Assembly (NCBI RefSeq): GCF_964213995.1
Contig: NW_027590818.1
Coordinates: 62,001 to 126,000, forward strand
Source of the DNA: Mustelus asterias
Lineage: Eukaryota
DNA: 64,000 bases
Direction: 5' to 3'
Below, piece after piece: positions 12,929 through 26,470 of this stretch. Position 1 is the first letter of the stretch. Every line of letters starts with the position of its first letter. The notes beneath the pieces were generated by a model, which saw nothing but the letters and a program-made list of their open reading frames with translations, searched no databases and was not told the DNA's origin. The position numbers were made by a program, and so were the translations under genes.

Positions 12929-14855
12929 TTTTTATGAATTTTTAAACGGCCATCCATTTCTCTGTTTCACCTCTGCCCTCCCTGATCAGCTCTCTGCCAT
13001 TGTCTACCTTCCTCTGCCTCTAATAATGGGTGTATTTTAACTATTATTTCCGCAAGCTATGTCTTGATGAGGTTTTTACCACTTCACAACTCTGTTCACT
13101 GCTGATTTACCAGCTTAGTCTCACAATGTTCAGGAATTGTTTCTCTTCCACTGGAGATCATTTCCCTTCCACTTCTGAGCTTATATTGACCAACAAAATC
13201 TGATACATTTTTATTTCCTGTAATTCATTCTGCCCACCCTGAAACATTAATCTTCTTTCTGTCTAAAAGGATGGTCTCTTTCCAAATGTTCACAATTAAA
13301 GGGCAGGAGATGGCTGACATTTAAGGGGACAGTAAATTAATATAGGAGAGAGATATGTCCAGTGTTATTATATGGTACCCAGATTAGATATTTATGTTGC
13401 TGTATAAAATATATTTATTATTATTTCTTGGATTGTAATATAATCCTGTAGCGATGTTATACATTTCCAGTCATAAAGTCATTACAGCACAGAAGGAATC
13501 CATTCGGTAACTCGAGTCCATGCTGACTCTCTGTATAACATTCCAGTCCCATTCCCACTCTATATCCCCATTCTCCTGAAAGTTTATTTCCTTCAAGTGC
13601 CCATCCACTTTCATTTTTAAATAGAATCCATAGATATGGATGGAGATTTACAACTTTTTGGGAATGAAGTAGGAAAGAATGTTCCAGAGAAACTAGAATT
13701 GTCTGCTCTGAATTTCTATCCTATACTGACTGTGATGACTTTTGCAAACTCATTTCACAGGATTTTGAACGAGGAATCACAGGCAAAAATCTCAACCGTT
13801 CTGAATATCTTGTAATATGGAACGGTAGCTACGTTATATATTTCCAGACGTCTCTTCCCTCAGAGGGTTGTTAGTCTTTTGGATTTCTCTTCCCCAAGGA
13901 CCATTGGAGGCTGAGGATCATTGAATATATTCCAGTTAGACAGATCTTTGACTGACAAGGGTGTCAAGGGTTATGGGGAACAGACAAGAAGATGGAGCAA
14001 AAGCTAATATGTGAGGGGATTTCTTCACTCAAGGATGTGGTAAAGCTTTGGAATTCTCAACCCCTGAGGACAGTGAAGCCTCAGTCATCAACTATTTTCA
14101 AGAGAGAGATTGATTGGTTTCTAGATATTGAAGATATCAAGGGATATGGATTTAGTGCGGGGAGAATGATGCTGAGGTAGATGAACGAATTATCTCATTG
14201 AATAGTTTAAAAGGCTCGATGGGCCAAGTGGCCGACTGCAGCTCCTATTTGTTATGGTCTCTGTGTCCAGGACATGAAGCAGTGAGCATGGATCTGTCAA
14301 TCAGCCTCAATCAGCACCTTCAGGAGAATTGGGAGGGTGAATATTAGATACAGCAGAGTGAGAATGGAGGGAGAGTGTGTGGGATGGAGATTTACAGCTT
14401 TTTGGGGAATGAGAGAGGAAAGAATGTTCCATAGAAACTAGAATTGTCTGTTCTGAATTTCTATCCTGTACTGACACTGATGACTTTTGTAAACTTGTTT
14501 TACAGGATATTGAAAGAGGAATCACAGGCCGAAATCTCAAACGTCACGTCAGATCTGACAGAGTTATATTCCTTGGGAGCTGAATATCATTGGACTTTGA
14601 ATCTGGAAGGAGAAATGATTGTCCGGTCTGTTGATTTGAAAAGATTTGAAATGTCAGTGTGACTGGAAAAGCACCAACACACGGCCACACTCGAGTGAGA
14701 GTGTTCCAGTGCACTGACTAAAGAGCTTTAACCAGTTACACAGCCTGAATAAATATCACACCATTCACAGCGGGGAGAGACTGTACTCGTGTTCTGTGTG
14801 TGGACGCGGCTTCAACTGATTGTCCACCCAAGAGAGTGGCAAGGACACCTGCACC

Positions 14856-15698
14856 ATGGAGAAACCATGGAAATGTGGGGACTGTGGGAAGAGATACAGA
14901 TACCCATCAGAGCTGGAAGCTCATCGGCGCAGCCACACTGGGGAGAGACCATTCACCTGCTCTCAGTGTGGGGAGGGATTCACTCAGTCATCCAGCCTGC
15001 GGTCACACCAGCGAGTTCACACTGGGGAGAGACCATTCACCTGCTCTCAGTGTGGGAAGGGATTCACTCGGTCATCCGACCTGCGGTCACACGAGCGAGT
15101 TCACACTGGAGAGAGGCCGTTCACCTGCTCTCAGTGTGGGGAGGGATTCAGTCATTTATCCACCTTGCGCACACACCGGCGATTTCACACTGGGGAGAGG
15201 CCGTTCACCTGCACTGTGTGTGGGAAGGGATTCACTCGGTCATCCGACCTGCGGGCACACCAGCGAGTTCACACTGGGGAGAGGCCGTTCACCTGCTCTC
15301 AGTGTGGGGAGGGATTCACTTGGTCATCTGACCTGCGGGCACATGCATGCGTTCATACTGGGGAGAGGCCGTTCACCTGCTCTCAGTGTGGGGAGGGATT
15401 CACTCGGTCATCCCACCTGCAGAGACACCGGCGCGTTCACACTGGGGAGAGGCAGTTCATCTGTTCTCAGTGTGGGAAGGGATTCTGTGATTCATCCAGC
15501 CTGCTGAGACACCAGCGAGTTCACACTGGGGAGAGGCCATTCACCTGCTCTCAGTGTGAGAAGGGATTCACACGATTATCCAACCTGCGGACACACCAGC
15601 GAGTTCACACTGGGGAGAAGCCGTTCACCTGCTCTGTGTGTGAGAAGAGATTCAGTCTTTCATCCGCCCTGCTGAGACACCAACGAGTTCACGAGTGA
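14856..15698 (+). CDS. C2H2 zinc-finger protein, 10 fingers (MEKPWKC start)
   Basis: Ten intact fingers with TGERPF linkers; ACCATGG Kozak context at 14856; acceptor TTTTACAG ending 14505; AATAAA at 16265 and 16361. Confidence 0.92.
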   Translation: MEKPWKCGDCGKRYRYPSELEAHRRSHTGERPFTCSQCGEGFTQSSSLRSHQRVHTGERPFTCSQCGKGFTRSSDLRSHERVHTGERPFTCSQCGEGFSHLSTLRTHRRFHTGERPFTCTVCGKGFTRSSDLRAHQRVHTGERPFTCSQCGEGFTWSSDLRAHACVHTGERPFTCSQCGEGFTRSSHLQRHRRVHTGERQFICSQCGKGFCDSSSLLRHQRVHTGERPFTCSQCEKGFTRLSNLRTHQRVHTGEKPFTCSVCEKRFSLSSALLRHQRVHE

Positions 15699-17223
15699 TT
15701 CTAGGAATTATGGGACTGGACTTTCTTGACCACATTCCTGTTATTGTTTCTGCTCTCAGTTACATCCAGGACATTTTGTTCATTCTCACAGTTGGTCAAT
15801 GGGGAGGGTCGGAGGGTTTCTTTCTGCTGGACTGGCCGGTCTCATGACTTTACTTCCAGTGGACTGATGGTATTTGAGTCTTGTTGCGAATACCTAGTTT
15901 CAAATTTCACACGGATCACAGAGCGACAGGGTGTTAGGAAGTTAAGAGTCGCTATTTCTGTTTGAAACTCCCCCAGATGCCCATCCAATTTCCTTTGTAA
16001 TTGCTTATTGACTCCACTTCCTCCACCCTCGTAGGCAGCGAGTTCCAGGTCATTACCATTCGCTGCATCAGAATATTCTTCCTCACATCCCCCCTGCATC
16101 TCTGGCCCAAAACCATAAATCCCCTCGTCCTTGTCCCATCAGCTAATGGGGAACAGCTTTTCTTTGTCCACCTTATCTAAACCTGTCAGAATCTTGTCCA
16201 CCTCGATCAAATCTCCCCTCAACCTCCTTTGCTCCAAGAGGAACAACCCCAGCCTGACATCGACAATAAAGAACAAACTAACAGAATATGTTAACACCTG
16301 AAATCAAATGGGAATGTTTAATTTCTGTTTTAAAGATATTGTGAATATATTGTCCTGGACAATAAAGGAATTAGAATAACTCACCTTGGGAGTAGTTGAA
16401 TGGAATATATCAATCTGGTATCCACCTATAATCTCGTGAAAGTCTGGAATGTGTAGCTGGAAATCCCTCCCTAACAGCACTGTGAGTGTACTTACACCTC
16501 AGGCATTGTAGCAGTTCAGGAAGGCAGTGTTGGCGCTGATCGTGGCCGAGGCAGCTACATACAGCCACATATTCTGTTATAATTGAAGGACTGCAGATTG
16601 AATGTGAGGCATTGTGGGACTGGACTATCTTGACCACATTCCTGTGACTGCTCAGTTTCTGCAATCACGGACCATTAAAGCTGCTTAGCAGGGTCCCAAC
16701 AGAGGACCTGGTGAGAATATTTACTCAGAATGAGTTAGATGATGATGATTTCTGTTTGTCAATTTTAAATTTTTAAAAAATTTCATTGGTCTGTTTTTTT
16801 TCTGTCTGTTTCCATGCTGTAAACCTCTATGCCTGTTTGCCCTGGATCAAACTGACACCCAGGAACTCTCAAATGTTGCAGCTTGAATGTGGACTAATAA
16901 ACTATTTCTTTTATCCAATGATAATTTATTTTTGTTTTTAAGTAGTTTATTAACCTTACCACCTCTTGCTATACTATTTTGATCCTTAGGAACAGAATAA
17001 ATCTTAGTCACTTAGCAGATACTCACCAAAAATCTAGCTTCTTCTCCTGTGGAAGAGTAAGATCACTTCCTAAAGGCTGGGAAAGTTAGAAAGCACAACA
17101 GCACCTCTTTTCCTTCCTTCCCTGACTCCCTTAATTACCCAACTCTCAGCACTCTATTCTAAGCTGCTCAAGTGATGCCGGTTCAGAGCTGTTTCTGAGC
17201 TGTCGATTCAATACAATACTCAC

Positions 17224-18413
17224 TTGCTGACATGGACATCAAGGCCTGTATGGGTCTCCAGGCCATCATGCACACCATCATGATAAGGAGGATGGAGCTG
17301 GTGTTGCCAGCCATGTACATGATGAACAGATTCATGGGCAGCTGTTTCAATGGGCCCAAGGCGATGAAAACAGAAAGTGAGCAGGGTATCAGTAAAGGGG
17401 ACCGGTTAGGGGAGGCCATATACTGATCTTATACCCAGGCCTGGAAGTAAGGATGATGATTAACCCTTTATCACACAGGCTGCTGTGGTTCACCAAGGTG
17501 CTTTATCACCATGGACAAACCAGGGGCGTTGTCAGTCACACACTAAAGGCACATTCAAATCCAACTTACTTTCTCAACCAGGATCCGGTCTGTTTCTTGG
17601 ATGCAGATGTCCGGTAGCTGTTTGTCTGAATATACGACTGGGTACATGGAGACTCTCTGGCTATACTGTTGACCACGGCTCCTATGAGAAACAGAAAACA
17701 CAAATTGGTCACCCTTTCAGGACCTTCTTTAAAGAGGGAGTCTCTCTGTTGAGGACCCCAATGTGGTGACAATAGTGCCAGCATGAACTAAAGCTTGGGC
17801 AAACCTCGGACACACACTGCCGTTGTGTCCACTGAACTGCCACGGGAATGGAGGATGGCAGAAGTGGATTAGTGTCAATTGATAATCAGGGTGCCAATCC
17901 ACTTGCCCTCCATTTAGGGACAAAGCGACAAATCACCACATGTACCAAATTGTGTCTTGAAAACAAACACTGAGGGACATTGAGAGAGATCCAGTTCAGC
18001 ACCGGGTCCTGGAAACGAGCAGTCGTTCCTCCAACCACCACCGCAGTTGGCACCTGATCAGGTGGAGGGGCCGAAACCAAAAGGGCATCTCAGGGTCATG
18101 ACCTGGGGAAAAGATGCCAAGTGGGGTCTGAGTGGTTTCTGGGGGATTTGAGGGGCTGCTTTGTGCTGAGGAGCTCGGTGAGGGGTAAAAGAGGCGTGAA
18201 AAACCCAGGGTTGGGAAGTTTTGGGTTGGTTCCACATCCCTGGGTCAGTGTGCGGTGGCGTCCCCTCGGGAGAGGCGGGCCGGCCCCGCTTGCCGCCTAC
18301 TCGAGCCCCCGGCTCCCCGCGCGGCCTCCGCACTTGCTGCTGCCGCTCAGGTTAAGCTCGAGGGTCCACTTGCGCCAGCGAGCACGCTTGACAAGCCCCG
18401 CCCCTGCAGCCAT
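17224..18413 (-). pseudogene. EMC4: EMC4 (TMEM85) unprocessed pseudogene, exons 1-3
   Basis: Exon 1 18413-18334: MAAGAGLVKRARWRKWTLELNLSGSS. Exon 2 17681-17570: [37 protein letters not shown], with AG acceptor and GTAAGT donor. Exon 3 remnant 17366-17224: [47 protein letters not shown]|GTGAGT. The exon-3 acceptor AG and the RCWD codons are deleted, and no clean exon 4/5 is seen. Confidence 0.88.
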
Positions 18414-18665
18414 GGCAACGCCGCCGATCGTTAACCGTCCCCCGCTTTCAAATCTGATTCCGATCAAGAGAAGAAGCCGCGCGCTTCCGTCAACAAAACA
18501 CTCCCGCTGCAATGCGCATGTGCAAGCCCAACCGCCTGAGCGTTCTGCGGGCACCGCCTAAAGTCCCGCCCCACGTCGTCGCCATCTTTGTTAGGGGCAC
18601 ACCTGTTCCGACTCTCCACCTTCTGTCCAAATGGAGCACATTTGCCCCGCACAAAGATGGACATC
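18414..18665. promoter_or_regulatory. CpG-rich promoter upstream of the EMC4 pseudogene
   Basis: High CpG density; GCGCATGTGC (NRF1-like), CCCGCCCC (GC box), and YY1-like CGCCATCTTTG / CAAAGATGG in opposite orientations. Confidence 0.55.
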
Positions 18666-19820
18666 ACTTAACGTCAGAGATATTTGCAATATTGAGTCCA
18701 GATGATCCTTTGTCAAAGCAAAAAGACATAGAAAGTGGGAGATATTTATACTGCAGGGTGAGGGGATGAAAGATGAGCTGTAGCCACAGAAACCAGGGGA
18801 AAAGACTGCGAATGGCCGTCACATTCTCTCTTTGGACAGCCATTACAGCACCAGGGACTCAGGTTTGTTTCTCGGCTTGGGGTGTCTGTGCGGAGTCCGC
18901 ACGTTCTCCAGGTGTTCCTGCTTCCTCCCACACACCACCTTTTTCTTCTCATGAAAATCCAGTATTTCCGATCGCCCTGAATGAATTTTGAGGTTCAGGT
19001 CAGAGCGAAGAAATAAAAGCAAAAATCTGTGGATGCTGAAATCTGAAACAAAAACTGAAAATGAACCACTGTGGTAAATGCATCATTCTCAATCTATTTT
19101 ACCAGGTATTTGTTTCATTATTCAACATTTAATATCGATACATTTATTTATTCTGCATCTCCTGATTCTGAATTGAATATCTCTGACATATGCAGCATTG
19201 AATTGCAACTATGACTGACCAACAAAACAGATCGAGTCACTGGTTAACGCACACCCCATGATGCTCATTTGAGATTGACCACAATCAGTTTATAAACAAA
19301 ATCAAATATCTTTAATGGGAAGAGATTTAAGAATGACCAGTTAGTTTATTCTGGGTGTGAAATATCCTGGTGCCTAAATCCCATTCATCTATAGGAAAGT
19401 CCAGTAGATCTGCACTGAGCCTCGATTTCCTCATCAGCATGAATGGTTTTCCCGATATCTTTATTATGAAAACCGATTTTAAAAAGATGTTTCTGTGCAA
19501 TGTGCACCAATTCCTCGAGTTCAGTTACAGTATCACTTGTGTCTGTCTTTATGAGCACACACTACTATTAGACATGTTTCAGATGGTGATTAACAACATT
19601 GGTCTACATCTATAAAGCCATGCATCGAACAAGTTGCTAATATATGCACGGTGTCAAAATACAAACATTTCTTTCCTGCAACTGCATCTAAAAATGCAGC
19701 ATTTCTGATTTTCCTGAAAGCATTTGAGACTGAGGTCAAAACAAACATAATATGGCAACATCGAGAATTGGATAATGTTCAGCAAATAACCAACATTATG
19801 CATACTTCCTGAAATGATAA

Positions 19821-19893
19821 AGTTTCTGTCTGGTTTTGAACCAGGGACTTCTCACGCGTGAGGCAAACACGATAACCACTACACTACAGAAAC
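19821..19893 (-). pseudogene. tRNA-Val(CAC) pseudogene
   Basis: 73-nt Val-CAC homologue with many CpG-type substitutions that break the anticodon stem and B box. Confidence 0.8.
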
Positions 19894-19956
19894 TACCAGC
19901 AGTTAGGTGCAGCCAATCGACCTGTCTGCAAGGTTCAACTCTGCTGTGTTGCTGCA

Positions 19957-21260
19957 GGTTCTCATGGTTAGACTATCCACCAGTATCTATTACAAGCCCA
20001 CCGACTTCCACAACTATCTTGGCTGCAGCTCTTCACACCCCACATCCTGAAAGGACTCCATCCCATTCTCTTCATTCTTTCAACTCCGCCGCATCTGTTC
20101 TGATGATGCCACTTTCCTAAATAGCGTTGCAGATATGTCTTTCTTCTTCACCAGTTGTGGTTTTCCACCTAATGTTGTTGACAGGGCTCTTGCCCCTGTC
20201 CACCCATCCCCCGAGCCACTGCTCTCACTCCCTCCCCTTCCTCTCAGAACCAGGACAGGGTTCCCCTTGTCTTCACTTTTCACCCAACCAGCCTCCGCAT
20301 TCAAAGGATCATCCGCTGCCATTGCTGCCAATTCCAGCATGATGCCACTACCCAACACATCTTCCCCTCAGCCCCCCGCCCACTTCCCAGCATTCCACAA
20401 GGATCGTTCTCTCTGGGATACCCTGGTTCATGCCTCCATCCAACCAACATCCTATCCTCTACCCATGGCACCTTCCCATGCCATCGTAGAAGGTGCAACA
20501 CCTGCCGCTTTAGCTCCTCCCTATTCACTTCCCGGGTTCTAAACACCCCTTTCAGGTGAGGCAGCGCTTCACATGCACCTTCTTCAATCTGGTCTATTCA
20601 ATTCACTGCTCCCAATCCAGTCTACTCTACATCAGAGAGACCAAACACAAATTGGGTGACCACTTTGTTGAAAACCTTCAGTGCGTCCGCAAGCAGGACC
20701 CAGACCTTCCTGTCACTTGCCACTTCAACACACCACCCTGCTCTCCTGCCCACATGTCCGTCCTTGGCCTTTTCCAATGTTCTAGTGAACCCCAATGCAA
20801 ATTGGAGGAACAGAACCTCATCTTCCGATTGGGCACTTTACAGCCTTCCAGACTGAACATTGAGTTCAACAACTTCAGAGCATGATTCTCCCCTCCACCT
20901 TCACCCCATTTCCATTTATTTTATTTCATTTTGTTTCTTCTTTTCATCTCATTCATCCATTTTATCATACTTCTTTCTCACTTCCATTTTTCAACTTCTT
21001 CATCCCTGCTCTCCTTCTCGCCCGCACCCGCCCCCTCCCCCCCACCAACCCCCCCTCCATTCAGGGCAAACCATCTGTACCTCTGCTCTACCATTCTGAT
21101 TAACACTTTTCACACCTCTCTCAGCCTTCTGCATTCTCCTTTTCATTCCCCTTGTCCAATTACAGCATCCCCCCTTCCACCCTCATAATATAAATCTTGT
21201 CTGATTTTCTTTGCCCTTAGCTCTGATGAAGGGTCATCCAAACTCGAAACGTTGGCGAGT
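19957..21260 (+). mobile_element. Penelope-like retroelement fragment (RT C-terminus + GIY-YIG)
   Basis: FTCTFFNLVYSIHCSQSSLLYIRETKHKLGDHFVE...RLGTLQPSRLNIEF, a degenerate GIY-YIG; 3' CTCTGATGAAGGGTCATCC...CGAAACG hammerhead-like motif. Confidence 0.8.
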
Positions 21261-22019
21261 TACTCAATATTTGTTTCGTTATTCAATATTAAATATGAAT
21301 CCATGTATTTAATACATACATCTTCATTCTGAGTTGAATATCTCGGGAATATGCAACATTGCATTGCAAACATTACTGACCAATAAAAGAAATCGAGTTA
21401 CTGGGTAATACACATTCCATGGTGCTTATTTGAGACAGTCAGCTTTTAAACAATATCAAACATCCTAAAAGGGAAAAGATTTAATAATGATTTGCCAGTT
21501 ATACTTGATCCCTCTTTATTCTGCATGTGAAACATTCTGGCGCCTAAATCCCGTTCATCTATAGAAAAGTCCAGCAGATCTACACTGAGTTTCGATTTAC
21601 TCATCTCCCTGAGTGATTTTTCCCCATTTCTTTATTATGAAGAACAATTTTAAAAATATGCTTCCGGGAAATGTGCGCCATTTCCTCTCGTTCAGTTACA
21701 GTTTCACTTGTGTCTGTCTTTATGAGCACACACGACTATGACACATGTTTCAGATGATGATTAACTATGTTAGTCTGCACTTGTAAAACCATTATATTCT
21801 GTTATGGACTGAACAAGTTGCTAATATGCGCACAGTGTCAAAATACACACATTTATTTCCTCATTGCGTCTTAAAACACAGCATTTCTGATTTTGCTGAA
21901 AGCATTTGTGGCCGAGTTCAGAGCAAAGATAACATGGTTACAACATGGAGAATCGGATAATGTTCAGCAACAACTACCATGCAAAACTTCCCTCACGCTA
22001 AATGAAGAACTATGATTAA

Positions 22020-22092
22020 TGTTTCTGCCCGGTTTCGAACCGGGGACCTTTCGCGTGTGAGGCGAACGTGATAACCACTACACTACAGAAAC
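22020..22092 (-). tRNA. TRV-CAC: tRNA-Val(CAC), apparently intact
   Basis: GTTTCTGTAGTGTAGTGGTTATCACGTTCGCCTCACACGCGAAAGGTCCCCGGTTCGAAACCGGGCAGAAACA; full cloverleaf, with a compensatory U-A pair in the acceptor stem relative to the common vertebrate Val-CAC. Confidence 0.93.
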
Positions 22093-22312
22093 AACTGATA
22101 GCATAGCGCCGCCAATTGGCCTGGCCACAATGTTCAACACCATTGTGTTGCCGCAGGTTTGAATGGTTATACTGAGAGCCCATGTCACTCAATACAAGAC
22201 AAAAACAGTTTCTTTCAACCTGCTTTCTCAACTTATCTTGAACTTCAACCTTTAAAAGCGGTCGCCCGGCAAATATCGAAGGAAGCAATGATTTCTGCTC
22301 AATCATTAATGC

Positions 22313-22505
22313 ATCATTCTCATCTTCCTTCGAATAATTTCAACCAGTTCTACCCAGTATTTGTTCGTTGTTCAATGTTTAATATTAATATATTATTATT
22401 ATCATTCTATGATGATGATCATTCTCATCTTCCTTCGAATAGTTTCAACCAGTTCTACCCAGTATTTGTTCGTTGTTCAATGTTTAATATTAATATATTA
22501 TTATT
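22313..22505 (+). repeat. Local ~105-bp tandem duplication in the tRNA-Val flank
   Basis: ATCATTCTCATCTTCCTTCGAATA...TATTAATATATTATTA occurs twice. Confidence 0.85.
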
Positions 22506-23198
22506 AATTACATATCTCCTCATTCTGAATGAAATATCTCCGAAGTCGACAATATTGAATTGCAAACATGAATCGAGTCACATGTCACGGTGCTTAATTG
22601 AGATTGACCACAATCAGCTTTTAAACAAAATCAAATATCTTTCAAGGGAATAGATTTAAGAATGACTTGTTAGTTATACTTGATCCCTCTTTATTCTGTG
22701 TGTGAAACACTCAGACGTCTAAATTCCATTCAGCTGCAGGAAAGTCCAGTAGATCCGCACTGATTCTCGATTTCCTCAACTGTCTGAGTGGTTTTCCCTA
22801 TTTCTTTACTCTGAAGAACGATGTTAAAATAATGGTTCCGCGCAATGTGCGCCATTTCCTCGAGTTCAGTTACAGTTTCACTTGTGTCTGCCTTTTTGAG
22901 CACACAATCCTATTAGACATGGTTCAGATGATGATTCACTTTGTTAGTCTGCATCAACAAAGCCATTAAATTCTGTTGTGGACTGAATGAGTTGCTGATA
23001 TGTCCACGGTGTCAAAACAGCAGCATCTATTTCCTCTCATTGCGTCATAAAAATACAAGATCTCTGATTTTGCTGAAAGATTTTGAGGCCGAGGTCAGAG
23101 CAAAAATAACATGGCTTTAATATTGAGTTTCGGATAATGTTCAACAACAAATTTCAATCATGTAAACTTGCCTCACCTTAACGAACAAATTTTAATAA

Positions 23199-23271
23199 TA
23201 TTTCGGCATGGTTTTGAACGAGGGATTTTCCGTGTGTGAGGCGAATGCAACCACCATAACACTACAGAAAC
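23199..23271 (-). pseudogene. tRNA-Val(CAC) pseudogene
   Basis: Degenerate 73-nt Val-CAC copy in the same flanking duplicon. Confidence 0.75.
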
Positions 23272-23356
23272 TGCTGGCGTCCCTAGGACCCAAGGGGAAT
23301 CTCTTGAAATGTTGCAACACTCATTGGGACTGCTGTAGACATATTGATCCAAGAAT

Positions 23357-24760
23357 GATTTTGATTTGATTTGATTTATTATTGTCACATGTATTAACGT
23401 ACAGTGAAAAGTATTGTTTCTTGCGCGCTATACAGACAAAACATACCGTTCATAGAGAAGCAAATGAGACTGTGCACTTTGCAATGTTACAGTCATAGCT
23501 AGGGTGTAGAGAAAGATCAACTTAACGCAAGGTAAGTCCATTCAAAAGTCTGACAGCAGCAGGGAAGAAGCTATTCTTGAGTCGGTTGGTACGAGACCTG
23601 ACTTGTGTATCTTTTTCCCGAAGGAAGAAGGTGAAAGAGAGAATGTCCGGGGACGTGGGGTCCTTAATTATGCTGGCTGCTTTGCCCAGGCAGCGGGAAG
23701 TGTAGACAGAGTCAATGGATGGGAGGCTGTTTGTGTGATGGATTGGGCACAATCACGACCTTTTGTAGTTCCTTGCAGTCTTGGGCAGAGCAGGAGCCAT
23801 CGCAAGCTGTGATACAACCCGAAAGAATGCTTTCTATGGTACATCTGTAAAAGTTGGTGAGAGTCGTAGCTGACATGCAAAATTTCCTTCGTCTTCTGAG
23901 CTCGTGGAGGTGTTGGTGGGCTTTCTTAACTATAGTGTCGTCATGGGGGGACCAGGGCAGATAGTTGGTGATCTGGAGACCTAAAAGCTTGAAGCTCCCG
24001 ACCCTTTCTACTTCGTCCCTGTTGATATAGACAGGGACATGTTCTCCTTTACGCTTCCTGAAGTCGATGACAATCTCCTTCATTTCGTTGACATTGAGGG
24101 AGAGATTATTGTTGCTGCACCAGTTCACCAGATTCTTTACCTCATTCCTGTACTCTTTCTCATCATTGTTTGAGATCTGACCCACTACGGTGGCATCGTC
24201 AGCAAACTTGAAAATCGAATTGGAGGGGAATTTGGCCACACAGTCATAGGTATATAAAGGAGTATAGTAGGGGGCTGAGAACACAGCATTGTGGGGCACT
24301 GGTGTTGAGGATGATCGTGGAGGAGGTGTTGTTGCCTATCTTTACAGATTATGGTCTGTGAGTTAGGAAGTTCAGGATCCAGTCACAGAGGAGGTGCCGA
24401 GGTCCAGGTCACGAGGTTTGGAGATGAGTTTCGTGGGAATAATAGTGTTGAAGTCTGAGCTATAGTCAATAAATAGGACTGTGTCCTTGTTATCTAGGTG
24501 ATCCAGGGTTGAATGCAAGGCCACGGAAATGCCGTCTGCTGTGGACCTGTTGCGGCGGTAGGCAACTGTAGTGGATCCAGGTAGTCCGGGAGGCTGGAAT
24601 TGATTCGTGCCATGACAAACCTTTCAAAGCACTTCATAATGATGGATGTCAGAGCCACCGGCCGATAGTTATTAAGACACGCTGCTTGATTTTTCTTAGG
24701 TATCGGGATGATGGTCGCCTTCTTGAAGCAGATAGGGACCTCAGATTGTTGTAATGATTG
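23357..24760 (-). mobile_element. Rex1/Babar-type LINE, 5'-truncated
   Basis: [53 protein letters not shown]; (AAATC)n tail. Confidence 0.88.
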
Positions 24761-25348
24761 AAAATGGTTGGCAATGGCAGAGAACAATAAGAGGCCCTTC
24801 GACCCACCATGCCTCTGCCAGTTATTTTATGACGAGCTACCAAACTGCTGTGTCGGTGCGGGCTTGGTGGGCCGAAGGGCCTATTCCTGTTCTGCACTGT
24901 TCTTTGTTCTCATTTCAATTTCCTCCTCTCATTCCATGAAGCTGATTTTTCTCCCTTTCAAGTCATTGTCCAATCCCCATTTGAAGAAGGAGTTTCTGTG
25001 GAGTCCTTGTACAGTTTGCTTTAAGTATCAACGTTTCCCTGACCCGATGGCATGAAGTATTGGATATAGCTTCCCAATATAGTTTTCAATGTAAACATAT
25101 ATTTATTTATGCAATTGATCTCATATCAAATTTGCAAAACGACTTTAATCGGATGAAGCATCTCCTCACTATTTCGGAATCATATCTAATGTAACTACAT
25201 TAACACCACAACTTTCCACAGAGTGTGGAATATAACAGAGGAGAATGAATCACCTATACCTGAAGCAATTTCCTTGTGTTGTCCCGAACATCCGATCTGA
25301 CAACCTCGAGAATGGGTGGGGAACCTGTCTTACCTACAGTGACCTCAC

Positions 25349-25642
25349 ACGGGGTGGCACGGTGGCACAGTGGCACACTGCTGCCTCACAGCGCCAGGAA
25401 CCCGGGTTCGATTCCTGGCTTGGGTCTGAGTGGAGTTTGCACGTTCTTCCTGTGTCTGTGTGGATTTGCTCCAGTTTCCTCCCACAGCCCGAAAGACGTG
25501 CTGGTTTGGTGCATTGTCATGCTACATTTCTCCCTTAGTGTACCCGAACAGGTGGCGGAGTGTGGCGACTAGGGGATTTTCACAGTAACTTCATTGCAGT
25601 ATTAACGTAATCCTACTTGTGACATTAATAAATAAACTTTAA
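25349..25642 (+). mobile_element. tRNA-derived SINE (HE1-like head, different tail)
   Basis: GGCACGGTGGCACAGTGG...GGTTCGATTCC head; 3' ATTAATAAATAAACTTT. Confidence 0.75.
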
Positions 25643-26247
25643 ATAAGATACGGACACATCCAGAATATGTTTGGCTGTAAAAATAAATACATCCATTATT
25701 GCTTATTCTCCAAAAGTGCCGACCATTGATGAGAAATAGATTTCTGGCTGTCCTTGTTGCTAAAATGGACAGTTCCATCGCAATGAATATTTAACACGAT
25801 ATTGCCGCACTGACATGACCCCAGGGAATTCCAGTTCAGGAAGTTTACTCTGGAGCTAGTACGTTTTTGGGATTGTCAATGAGTGAACTTCTCTTGAGTG
25901 TGTCAGTGGCTGTGTTAATCTGTTTGTTTATCTTCCCCAGTGATTGTCTGTGTGTCTATGTTTGAGTCGATCAGTTTGAGAATCGATCACTGTGTTTACT
26001 TGTCCCTGTGTCTATGCTTTTGTTGATTCTGTGCGGTATACGAGGCTTCTAGTGAACACGGAGTTGGAGTTATTCATGTATTTTCATAGTTAGCAACTCA
26101 GACTAAATGTGTCAGAAATCTACAGAATAATTCTGGATTTATAACGAGGGACGTTAGAATTGATGTCAGTGTCTGGGCATATATCTATATGGTTATATAT
26201 CCTTACACCTGTTGGTCTTTGCATGTGGCCGTGTATGTATCTGCTTT

Positions 26248-26470
26248 CCCCGTGTCTGCGTGGGTTTCCTCGGGTGCTCCGGTTTCCTCCCACGGTCCAA
26301 AGATGTGCAGGTTAATTTGATTGGCCATGCTAAATTGACCCGAGTGTCGGGGGATTAGCGGGTTAAATGTATGAGGTTACGGAAATAGGGCCTGGGAGGC
26401 TTGTGGTCGGTACAGACTCTGTGGGTCGAATGGCCTCCTCCTGTACTGTAGGGGTTCTATGATTCTATGA
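26248..26470 (+). mobile_element. HE1-type SINE, 5'-truncated
   Basis: Core plus TTCTATGATTCTATGA tail. Confidence 0.8.
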
